From positions 45,820,001-45,884,000 of the forward strand of contig NC_086097.1 in the NCBI RefSeq assembly GCF_963921235.1: a DNA stretch of 64,000 nucleotides. Reading direction: 5' to 3'. Origin of the DNA: Mobula hypostoma. Taxonomy: Eukaryota. The translations under genes and the position numbers were made by a program. The notes beneath the pieces are model-generated. The model saw only the letters and a program-made list of their open reading frames with translations, did not search any database and had not been told where the DNA came from. Shown here piece by piece: positions 24,713 through 35,469 of this stretch (the stretch's first letter is position 1; the number at the start of each line of letters is the position of its first letter).

Positions 24713-26729
24713 GTGAGTTTTTTTTTGTTCTTTAATTCCGGCTTTTACATGTGTTGAAATAGCCTAAAACTCATCATCATTATCAACTCTCTCTCTTCCC
24801 CCCCCCCCACTTCTGTGTTTAATAGGTTAAGTTGAAATAGGGATCAGTGAAGGAGAGGGTAGGTGCGCGGGGGAGGGGGAGATTGGTCGGGTTCCTTTCT
24901 AGGTCACCGTGCGGAGTTAGTAAAGATGATAGAAAAGTATAAAACAGCAATTATAATAAAGCGAGAATAGATAAATAACTCACCCCCCCCCCCCCCTACT
25001 GTTCGCCCCGAGAATAGCAGCAATAGAAGCGTGTGCTGCGGGCGTGCTTTGACTTAAATCATCATTTCCTACCCCACCCTGGATAAAACTGAAATACTGT
25101 ACCAATCTTACTCGTATGTTCAAAAGTTTATAATTTAAAAGATCTTCATGCGTAATATTTCGCTATTTAGGTTATGCAATTTATCAAACTCTCTCCTCGT
25201 TTCAGGTGCGGTTACTTTCACATTCGGTGTGAATGAACCTGTTAAATATATTTGGTCTTTTAAGAAATACGATTTTATTTTCAGATTTGGGGTTGTTATA
25301 TCGTTCAATATCGGGTCGACAATGCGATTTTATTTCTAAATAAACTAAAGTGTATGTTGAAATCTGCATCATTTAACATTGGGCGCATGTGCAAGAAATA
25401 AAGCAAGAAGCCACTGCAAACGATGCTAAAGGTGTTTGCTATTGAACGTGCAAGACCGATTGTAATTAAAAGTTTATAAATGGGTGATCTTAGTTCCTTT
25501 TAAACGCGGTGCGCTGTTTTGGCTTGTAGGCCTTGTGTGTTAAGTATTCAGTGGGAAGCCTACCGCAAAATCTTTCAATTCAACAAGAAGTTGTTTAATG
25601 CAAATATTTCTGGTAGCTTTTTTCATTGGCAAGCAAGTTTGCAGTTTTCTCATAGTGGAGAAATTGGTTTATTACTTAAGATATGAGTATTCCAGAAGTT
25701 TGTTTAGAAAGTTGCTTCTTGGTCAATTATATTTTTATGCAAGGAAAATGATTATAAACCATATGATCTTAATTTATTTTTGTCACTTTGTGATGTAGGG
25801 TTTTTTTTAGTCACAATATGCTTTTTTTGCTAAATTGGGTGTATTTAAAATCAGAATTTTTCAAAAATGGTTTGAAATTTTTTGGAGGTTTTTGTTATTT
25901 TGAGAGAGGTTGTAATGTTATAGTTGTTGAAAACACTTAATTTACAATAAGCATTGCATAGTAATTTTATTAAAAACTGAGAAATGCATTGCATTGGAAT
26001 GTTTCTGTATGCCATTGGTGCTGGCTGGTTGGTCAAGGGTTTTTAATTAAACTGCTGGAAGGTGGACTGAATGAACTTGGGGAGGATCTGTAACTGACTA
26101 GAAGCTGGTGAATGTGGGACTTTGAAGCTGTGGAGATGGTGAGTTACATGAGGGGATAAGGATTCGGAAAAAATGCAGTAGTTATTTGGGGATTTGAAAT
26201 TGGTGGCAATCAGTGAGGCTTAAGTCATGCTGAGTGGGCTTTTGTGTGAAGGTAGATTATAATTGGTAGCAGTTTGAATGAGAGGCAGAATGGGAAGATG
26301 GTGGGTATTCGATTAGTCCAATTTGGAAGAGAGAAAGGCACTAAGGGATTTAGTGACAAACATGCCAATATCAGAGATGCTACTGGATTAGAAATGGATA
26401 TTATTTGTGGCTAAAAATAAATGGATGCTGAAGGGGGGGGGGAGTCATTGCTTGTGTGTGGGAGGGGGAGTTGGGGGGGCTTTGTGGATCTGTCATTTTA
26501 ATTGTCACTCATTCTTTGGGGACTCTTCTGTTTTCGTGGATGTCTGTGAAGAATAAGAATTTTGGGATGTATATTGCATGCAATTCTCTGATATTAAATG
26601 GAACTATTGATGTTTTGAACACTGGTGTAATCTGATACAGTTGATGACAAGCATAGTTTATGGTTAGATTCTTGGAAGACTTGTGACATAAAAGGAACAT
26701 GAGAAGCCAGCATGCTTTTCAGTATTAGC

Positions 26730-26906
26730 AACCACAGAAAATGCTGGAGGAATTCAGCAGGTCAGGTAAATGAATAGAAGCATCCTGAAGAAGGGTCTCG
26801 GCCTGAAATGTTGACTATATTCATTTCCATAGATACTGCCTAGCCTGCTGAGTTCCTCTAGCATTTTGTGTATATTGCTTTGGATTCGTCTGCAGACTTC
26901 CTTGTG
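26730..26906 (+). mobile_element. Short fold-back Penelope terminal remnant with decayed hammerhead
   Basis: Inverted arm (aaaatgctggaggaattcagcagg versus cctgctgagttcctctagcatttt); ctgaagaagggtctcggcctgaaatgttgact at 26785; 14-bp TSD ttttca(g/a)tattagc at 26716-26729 and 26907-26920. Confidence 0.78.
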
Positions 26907-27835
26907 TTTTCAATATTAGCTTGATTTTCTTTCCTTTCCATATGCACTCCATATTACATGCTTTCTGTAAATGTCATACGTCATCGTGTGCTTCTGCACA
27001 AATCCTTATTGCTTATTTGTAGATCCTTTGTTAACGTGAGCATTTGTACAGATATTGCAGTTGTGGTTATTGAGAATTTGAGTAAAATCCACGTGTGCGC
27101 CAAATAGGGCTAAATATTCATCAGGTGTATATACCTGAAGTTCTGTGCACTTTGCTAATACTTTTCGGGTAGTAAAACAACCAACACATTTCATGGGTAT
27201 TTCTAAGCAGCATTTGACACCAAGCCACTCAAGGAGGTTATCAGGGAAATTAGTCAAAATTGGATTTTTAATGACATCGTAAATGAAATAAAGACCTGAT
27301 AATGGGCCAGGAAGCCGGTGGCACCAGGCACAAATGTTAAAACAATTACATTTAGATGAGTGATGAAGGGATATGAAAACAAATTCTAATTGCTTTTAGA
27401 GCTTGGCTGTTTTGGCTGTTTGATAGGACCCAATTGTAGTTTGAGATCTCAAAAATTTTTAAATGTCCAGCACTGATTGGGTTTGGATTGACTGTGATTA
27501 GGTCAGGTTCAGATTGTATTATAATTTTTCTATACTATAGTAGAGAAGTTGTTTGCTTTTGCTAAGTTCATTCATCACAACAGTTTGAACTTGGGACTGT
27601 TCTTGTTTGTATCTCTTGAATTGACTTTATTACTCGCATCCTTCTAAATATGCAATTTATAGTAATTTATAATAAATAGTATGTGCAACAGGACAGTGAA
27701 AATCACTTGTTACTGGTTGCATAAGTTGCTTGAAGAAAGTTAGGGAGCCAACTTGAATTTTGATACAAGTTAGTTGTATGTGATAGTTTCTAGCCTGTAA
27801 GAAGCAGGCCAAGCAGCATCTGTAGGAAGAGGCGC

Positions 27836-27871
27836 AGTCGACGTTTCAGGCCGAGACCCTTCGTCAGGACT
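27836..27871 (-). ncRNA. Minimal type I hammerhead ribozyme motif (Penelope terminus)
   Basis: Reverse complement reads agtc-CTGACGA-agg-gtctcgg-cct-GAAA-c-GTC-gact. Confidence 0.8.
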
Positions 27872-28162
27872 AACTGAAGGAAGAGTGAGTAAGGGATTTG
27901 AAAGCTGGAGGGGGAGGGGGAGATGCAAAATGATAGGAGAAGACAGGAGAGGGAGGGATAGAGCCGAGAGCTGGACAGGTGATAGGCAAAAGGGGATATG
28001 AGAGGATCATGGGACAGGAGGTCCGGGAAGAAAGACGGGGGGGGTGACCCAGAGGATGGGCAAGAGGTATATTCAGAGGGACAGAGGGAGAAAAAGGAGA
28101 GTGAGAGAAAGAATGTGTGCATAAAAATGAGTAACAGATGGGGTACGAGGGGGAGGTGGGGC

Positions 28163-29017
28163 CTAGCGGAAGTTAGAGAAGTCAATGTTCATGCCATCAG
28201 GTTGGAGGCTACCCAGACGGAATATAAGGTGTTGTTCCTCCAACCTGAGTGTGGCTTCATCTTTACAGTAGAGGAGGCCGTGGATAGACATGTCAGAATG
28301 GGAATGGGATGTGGAATTAAAATGTGTGGCCACTGGGAGATCCTGCTTTCTCTGGCGGACAGAGCGTAGATGTTCAGCAAAGCGGTCTCCCAGTCTGCGT
28401 CGGGTCTCACCAATATATAAAAGGCCACATCGGGAGCACCGGACGCAGTATATCACCCCAGTCGACTCACAGGTGAAGTGTTGCCTCACCTGGAAGGACT
28501 GTTTGGGGCCCTGAATGGTGGTAAGGGAGGAAGTGTAAGGGCATGTGTAGCACTTGTTCCGCTTACACGGATAAGTGCCAGGAGGGAGATCAGTGGGGAG
28601 GGATGGGGGGGACGAATGGACAAGGGAGTTGTGTAGGGAGCGATCCCTGTGGAATGCAGAGAGAGTGGGGGAGGGAAAGATGTGCTTAATGGTGGGATCC
28701 CGTTGGAGGTGGCGGAAGTTACGGAGAATAATATGTTGGACCCGGAGGCTGGTGGGGTGGTAGGTGAGGACCAGGGGAACCGTATTCCTAGTGGGGTGGT
28801 GGGAGGATGGAGTGAGAGCAGATGTACGTGAAATGGGGGAGATGCGTTTAAGAGCAGAGTTGATAGTGGAGGAAGGGAAGCCCCTTTCTTTAAAAAATGA
28901 AGACATCGCCTTCGTCCTAGAATGAAAAGCCTCATCCTGAGAGCAGATGTGGCGGAGACGGAGGAATTGTGAGAAGGGGATGGCGTTTTTGCAAGAGACA
29001 GGGTGAGAAGAGGAATA
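28163..29017 (-). CDS. Penelope ORF C-terminal part: RT thumb region, Cys-rich linker, GIY-YIG endonuclease (5'-truncated)
   Basis: ORF 28163-28906 extends upstream in frame (YSSSHPVSCKNAIPFSQFLRLRHICS). Motifs PLVLTYHP, CKRNKCYTC, VIYCVRCSRCGLLYIGETRRRLGDRFAEH, EQHLIFRLGSLQPDGMN. No stops; RT core absent. Confidence 0.88.
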   Translation of the reverse strand, partial: YSSSHPVSCKNAIPFSQFLRLRHICSQDEAFHSRTKAMSSFFKERGFPSSTINSALKRISPISRTSALTPSSHHPTRNTVPLVLTYHPTSLRVQHIILRNFRHLQRDPTIKHIFPSPTLSAFHRDRSLHNSLVHSSPPSLPTDLPPGTYPCKRNKCYTCPYTSSLTTIQGPKQSFQVRQHFTCESTGVIYCVRCSRCGLLYIGETRRRLGDRFAEHLRSVRQRKQDLPVATHFNSTSHSHSDMSIHGLLYCKDEATLRLEEQHLIFRLGSLQPDGMNIDFSNFR

Positions 29018-29399
29018 GACTCAGGTTGGAGGGACAACACCTTATATTCCGTCTGGGTAGCCTCCAACCTGATGGCATGAACATTGACTTCTCTAACTTC
29101 CGCTAGGCCCCACCTCCCCCTCGTACCCCATCTGTTACTCATTTTTATGCACACATTCTTTCTCTCACTCTCCTTTTTCTCCCTCTGTCCCTCTGAATAT
29201 ACCTCTTGCCCATCCTCTGGGTCATCCCTCCCCCGTCTTTCTTCCCGGACCTCCTGTCCCATGATCCTCTCGTATCCCCTTTTGCCTATCACCTGTCCAG
29301 CTCTCGGCTCTATCCCTCCCCCTCCTGTCTTCTCCTATCATTTTGCATCTCCCCCTCCCCCTCCAGCTTTCAAATCCCTTACTCACTCTTCCTTCAGTT

Positions 29400-29435
29400 A
29401 GTCCTGACGAAGGGTCTCGGCCTGAAACGTCGACT
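29400..29435 (+). ncRNA. Minimal type I hammerhead ribozyme motif (Penelope terminus)
   Basis: Stem I agtc/gact; core CTGACGA at 29404-29410; stem II agg/cct with 7-nt loop; GAAA at 29424-29427; palindromic ACGT helix III; GUC triplet with predicted cut after 29431. Confidence 0.82.
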
Positions 29436-30080
29436 GCGCCTCTTCCTACAGATGCTGCTTGGCCTGCTGCGTTCACCAGCAACTTTGATGTGTGTTGCTT
29501 GAATTTCCAGCATCTGCAGAATTCCTGTTGTTTTTCTAGCCTGTAAGAGTTGGCTAAGAATTATGAGCTATTTAGTAGAACCAAGAATAGAATTTATTTT
29601 ACATTTAAATCTTCCTATAGGAAATTTTTTTGATTCTGTTTGGATTGAATTTTCCGAATTCGTTGTAGTATGACTCTCACTGTAATACAGTGACCTGGAA
29701 TACATTTTGGGTTTTAGGACCTAATTATGGTACCCTCATTAGTTATTGTAGGCCTTTGTTTTGTACATCTGGTAAATAAATGTGCAGCCAAATTTTGGAA
29801 ATCTTCAGATTCAGTAGATGTTACAAGTTTGAAATATTGCTTGAAATATAACTGCAGATAGAATAAATACCATTTTTTCCCCACTGAAGCAAACCCCTTC
29901 ATGTAACAATTTCACCTGCAATTAATTAATTGGTTGTAATGTGGCATTGTTAATTAAAAATATCTAAATTTTGAAAGACCACATTTAAACCTCTAAATGC
30001 TCAGTGAAACGTTTCGGAATGTAGCAGAGTTAAAATTACAAATATACGTTTGAGAGGATATCTAAATGTTTTTCATAGTA

Positions 30081-30196
30081 CAGGTCGACCTTCACTAATC
30101 TGACTACCTGTAATCCAGTTCCTTTGATAGTCCAGCACTGATTATGCTTAACGTGATCCTTCTGTAATTCGGCATTTTCACTAATCCGGCACTCCC
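30081..30196. mobile_element. Truncated Tc1/pogo(Tigger)-like MITE
   Basis: TA followed by caggtcgaccttcactaatc; reverse complement of most of the complete copy at 38456-38608. Confidence 0.75.
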
Positions 30197-31209
30197 GATT
30201 ATCCCTGGAAGAATAATATGTATCAAGGGATCTAAATTATTGCCATTGTTTGTTTTGTTTGTGTTTTAAGCCATGTGAAATTATGATAGAGATTACCATA
30301 ATGTTGGTTTTATTGCAAGTCTAATTTCAGTAATATAGTTACATGCTTCTGAGGACATTTGGCTAATAGGAAGCAAAGGGCATGTAGATTAATGGAAGAC
30401 TCTAGAAATGACTGCAAGATTTCTCCTTAACTAGCTATAGAAGTGTTTTGTTTTAAGCTATCTATTTCAAGTAATTTAGAAAATTTAATTTGAGGTTTAT
30501 TTTTAAAGTGGAATCAGATTTTCAGACAACTTTTAAGTTCATCTAGTTTTTAAGTATTTACAGTCTGATGAAACGAGATCTTGAAAGGTAAATGACAAGT
30601 CATGTTGATGTATCTGTTCGGAGATAAGTTGAAATTAGAGTAATATCTAAAATAGTAATAGAAGTATATATGAAATACCTGCTCTTCTGTCGCCTGAGGC
30701 AAGTGTAGGTGCTGTGGAAAGAATGCATTAAGGAGAAATTGGGTGCGGCTCCAGGAATGAAGGGTAAATGGAAAAAGCTTTGTTTATCTTCCAGAGATGG
30801 AAAGAATTGGAGTGTAAAAGGGGCATGTTGTATATTATTTGTGTTCATTTCCTTTACTGCCAAAATATAAAGTTGGTTAAATACTAAAGTTTATAGTTTT
30901 TAAGTTGGGTCATAAAATAGGATAGAAATGTTTGCATGTGACTGGTTGAGTCTGGATTGAGAGAGCAATGCATTAAGTTGAGCAATTTAGTTTGTTCTTT
31001 AAGAAAAATGGAACTAAAAGAACATTGCTATTTGGGGAAAAAAGTAACATTAAAATGATCTTAAAATTTAGCTTCTGATTTGGATTTACAGAGATTAATT
31101 TGGGCAAAGGAGAATAGTCTATTTTGTTTGAGAATAAGGTATTTTGGCTTTCACTGTTAGGTAAGAAACGCAGCTTTCCAACTTGTAGTGGATCATAAAT
31201 TTCAGCATG

Positions 31210-33725
31210 CTAAGCAGTCGCATCTTCAAGACTTATCCAGGCGGCTATCCCCACATGCTTCAAATTAGCCACTGTCATCGCTGTACCAAGAAACTCTACA
31301 TCTTCAGAACTAAATGACTACCGCCCGATGGCACTGGCACCAATCATCATGAAGTGCTTTGAATGACTGATAATGGCTCATATCACAAACTTAATTCCTG
31401 CCTCATTAGACACTCACCAATATGCTTACAGACAGAACCGCTTTATGACAGATGCCGTAGCATCTGTCATGCACCTGGCCCTGACACACCTAGAAAACAA
31501 GGACACTTGTGTCAGAATGTTGTTTCTGGATTTCAATTCGGCATTCAGCACTCAGCACTATTGTCCCACAGATCTTGGTGAGCCTACTCCTCACTCTAAA
31601 TACACCACTTTGCAACTGGGTGTTTGCAGTGCCCATTGCTGTACACTTTGCTCACACATGACTGCGTGGCCAAACACATCAATCATCACATCTTCTGATG
31701 ACACAACCGTGGTGGGGCTTATCACCAATAATGATGAGATGGCGTACAGAGATAAGGTGGAAGAGTTGCAGGCCTGATTCATGGTAAATAATCTCAAGAT
31801 CACCACATCTATATACTACTAAAACTCTCATGCTCTGTCTGTCTGTCTGTTTGTGACCTCCAATTAATGCAAACGGTGCATTACAGCGTCACTTTTTTTT
31901 GGCTGAATCGAATTAAAATGCGCTAACTTACAGAATGCAGGCAAAGTTCAGGGTTATATATTCGTATAAAATTGCTCATTCGCAAAAATCAACAGTCTCC
32001 CTTTGACCTGAGAGCCGATCCGTCATCATGGAAATTGGGACGCGATAGCCGGATGCATGAGCACGGCCAGCCTCAGCAGTGACACCTACTGGAGCAAAAG
32101 GGCAAGGCAGCTGTATTTCGAGGGGTCACATTCTGCTAATCACCATCAGCATGTGCAGGATTGGGACAGATCTAACTGCCACCCATCAATAAGAGATAAT
32201 TAAATCTTATTGTAATGATGTACTTTGAGACACCCATAAAACCCTTTGCTGCAGTCAAAGGACAGCGGTGACTATATCACGTCCATTTAGAAGAGCGCCA
32301 ACCACATCATCAAGAATAATCAGCATCCTTTGGTGTAACTGCTTCGTATCTTCTATCCAGCATTAGGGTAAAAAAAAATGGTCAGCCTAATTATGCTGCG
32401 TGGAAAGGGAAGGGGGACATTATGGTCAAGAGGTGACGCCAAACGTCATTGGGAAGTGGCAAGGAGAGGGAGAGAACAAGAATCAGATGAGGCCAGGGCC
32501 GCACGACTCCAGGATCAAAGAGTCAGGACAAAAAAAGTGAGAGAAGAAGAGACAGAGAAGGAGAGGCATGCACGTCTCCAGGATCAGAGACAAACAACAA
32601 ACAGCAGAAGAGATGAAGAGATGGGGTTGAAAGGACTGCACGTCTCCAGATTGACAATGAGAGGCACAAGGGTGGCAGATAAACCAGAAATGATGCCATC
32701 AAAAGTGTCCTTTGTTAAATAAGGAGCAGCCATATTTGCTTTGCTATGCATCGTTCTTCTTTAATAAACTGAGGTTTTCTACTTCAGTTTCCAAGCAAAG
32801 CGATACCAATAGCATTCAGGAAAATTTAATGTTCATTCTGGTCACATCAGACTGCACTACCCTTCTCTGAAAGGATGCCCCAACGGGTCACCCCGTTGTC
32901 TAGTTTCATTCGAAGTTTCACTGTTGATGTTGCCTTGCAGACATTTTGTTACCCAGCAAGCTAACAAGCCATCGGCAAGCCACTCATCAACAGCATCCTC
33001 AACCCGAGCTACAAACCTCTATATCAACAAGACAAAAGGAGATGGTTATCAACATCAGGAGAACTTGCACCACTCACACCCCCTTCTTACATTGGTGCAC
33101 ATCACACCCAAGCTCTCATGGTCCCAGAACACATCCAACATAGTCCAGAATGTTCACTAGCTATTTGTTTGGGGAGGCTGCAGAGAGCTGGACTTCGCAC
33201 TTCCATACTCGCATAATTCTACAGACGCATAGCTGCATCCCTGCTTGGTACAGAAACTGCCCTACGTTGGGCAGGAAGGCTCGACAATGGGTAGTCAAAA
33301 CTGCCCGAAGCATCGAAACCATCTGCCATCAAACACTGAAAGGTTCTAGAAAAGAGCCAGTAATATGAAGGATCTCACCAACCCTGTTCCCACTCCCGTC
33401 AGGGAGGAGATTGAGTCACATCTACACCAGGACCATCAGACTCAAAAACAGTGTCCCCAAGTAGTAATGGTGATCTGTACTTCCACTCACTAAACCCACT
33501 GCTATTTTATTATTTCCTATCTGTCACCTTATCTACAGCCTAGTGAAACTTTATGGACTTGCAATCAATCTTTGTATATAAGCTATCTTTTGTATTTACA
33601 TTGTGTTTTTAATTATTATTGTTTTTTTTCTTTAGTTTTTTTTGTGCTGCATTGGGTCCAGGGTAACAACTATTTTGTTCTTCTTTACACTTGTGTGCAG
33701 GAAATGACATTAAACAATCTGAATC
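31210..33725 (+). mobile_element. Degenerate Rex1-like LINE interrupted by a Helitron
   Basis: ORF 31373-31777 (QYAYRQNR, MLFLDFNSAF, DDTTVVGLI). RT homology resumes at ~33015 (INKTK) and continues to a 3' tail near 33720. Confidence 0.78.
31808..32903 (+). mobile_element. Non-autonomous Helitron with both termini intact
   Basis: 5' A|TCTATATACTAC; 3' hairpin caacggg-tcac-cccgttg (32881-32898) then CTAG|T; A|T target and no TSD. Internal ORF 32378-32722 has repeats ARAARLQDQR / ERHARLQDQR. Confidence 0.9.
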
Positions 33726-35469
33726 AGTAGATTCTTGTTCCCATTTCTGATTGTACAGCATCAACTTTACCTGGTGGCAGTAATTGTTACCTCAAGTGAT
33801 TCAGTCATAAGTTCAAGCCCAAATCCATGAACCTTTACTGAGCTAATATAAGTTTATTACTGAGAAAGTTTTTTTTTCTATGGTGCAGTCATTCTCAGTT
33901 GAGATGTTAAGATGAAGCTTTGTTATTTAAATTTAAAAACCTCATTCAAAATGGTCTTCAGATGTTTAACCTCAATGTTTCAGAAGTAACTGTTCATTTA
34001 TCCCACTACTATAGAGTCTTAGCAAAAATTAGCTGTACATTGCACATTGATTAATTAGACATAAAGAGTAATTAAACTTGCTGCATAATCGTGTGAGAAT
34101 AAAAAATGGTGCTAGTTAAATCCAGGTTTATTTTTTGTTTTCGTAATGTTTTCTAGGAGCAGCAGCTTCTTCAGAGTCATTAACAAGTATAACAACGTGG
34201 CAAAGATGGTATTCAGTATTCTAAAGTTGAAGTTTTTTTTTAAAAACGAAGAATTTGATATTTTAAGTGTGTGGAATCTTGTAGGTGATTTTTTTTTTCT
34301 GCCACTGCAGGTAGGAATTATTTTTTTACTTTGTTCACTTAGCTACACATGGTAAAATGTGGTTGTCCATTATGGCAGCAATTTAGTTCTTTAGGATTTG
34401 AATACTTGCCTCTGGGTGCAGTGGTAATCCTCCACATTCCAAAGACATACTGGTTAGGGTTAATAAGTTGTAGGCATGCATTGTTGTTGCTGGAAGGTAT
34501 AGAACTTGCAGGCTGTCCCCAGAATATCCTTGGAAAGTGTGTTATTTGCATCAACAACCAACATTTCACTATATGTTTCAATGTACAAATAAAGCTGATA
34601 TTTTCTACTAGTTTAAGAGATCAACATATGATTGTGTGTACCATAGTTAACCAAGATCTGAAACTGGCTGTTGCAAAAATCAAAGTGGTGGTGGGAGGAA
34701 TATAGTTTTTTTTAAGTCCTGAAAATACCAAGTCATTCAGATTTGCAGAGATCATATGTAAATGCTCAAGGAGATTATTTAACTGTCATTGATTCAGTAT
34801 CAGCGGCATCAATATTAGATCACGGCTACTTGAGCTGCTACAATTTTGTTAAAACCAATGTAGTAATGATTTCATCTAATACTTCACACTGCATTAAACC
34901 CTTCTGATTGGCTTAAATAGTCGCTCATTTTATGGGTTGTGTAACTAACATATCACTGTAACAATTTTTGAATCCTTCATGGTCATATTATTTTCAGTTA
35001 AAAGTCCTTCTGTAGTATCAGGAGTATTCCCATCAGTGTGCATCTTTGCAGTCGCTTTTGTCTCTATTGCCCAATCTGACCTTTGCCCAAATGCTCTGGG
35101 CTATGACCGATGCAGACTGATTTCTAATTCAATTCAATCTTACATTCTTGCTAGCCTTGTCCCACTTTCTGATCTCTTAGCTTTATTCCTATCCTCAACA
35201 CTGTTTGATCTAATAACCCTATGCCTGCCTTTTTACTTTACTACTTTGCCAATTTAACAGTATCTAATAAAGATCCTACTGTCAGAATTTTGACCGCTTC
35301 CGATCTGTATTGTGAACTGTGGCACAAAAGATTTAGGGAGAATTTGCTTCTAAAACTCTTTAAGAGGAACTTTTTCTTTCAGGAAGAAATTTTCAGTTTT
35401 ATAATCGCACCTTTGGTCTTGCTGTTGTAGTCTTTAATAATGTGGATTGAAGCATCAGTGTGCAATGCA

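Larger units (their letters stand above)
27803..29532 (-). mobile_element. Young Penelope-like (Neptune-type) retroelement, 5'-truncated, with ~450-bp inverted arms
   Basis: Perfect 16-bp TSD tttctagcctgtaaga at 27787-27802 and 29533-29548. Arms 27803-28250 and 29019-29468 are near-perfect reverse complements. Internal GIY-YIG ORF. Confidence 0.93.

Noticed and set aside
28486..29546. Duplicated ORFs (268 aa and others; SPDEGSRPETST and MLVNAAGQAAS peptides recurring at 4144, 29222, 60921, 61392)
   Set aside because: Alternative-frame translations of the Penelope UTR and inverted arms, not a gene family.
30561..30600. cagtCTGATGAaacgagatcttGAAAggta, hammerhead-like
   Set aside because: Stem II is only 2 A-U pairs, there is no stem I complement and no Penelope context. 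Likely chance.
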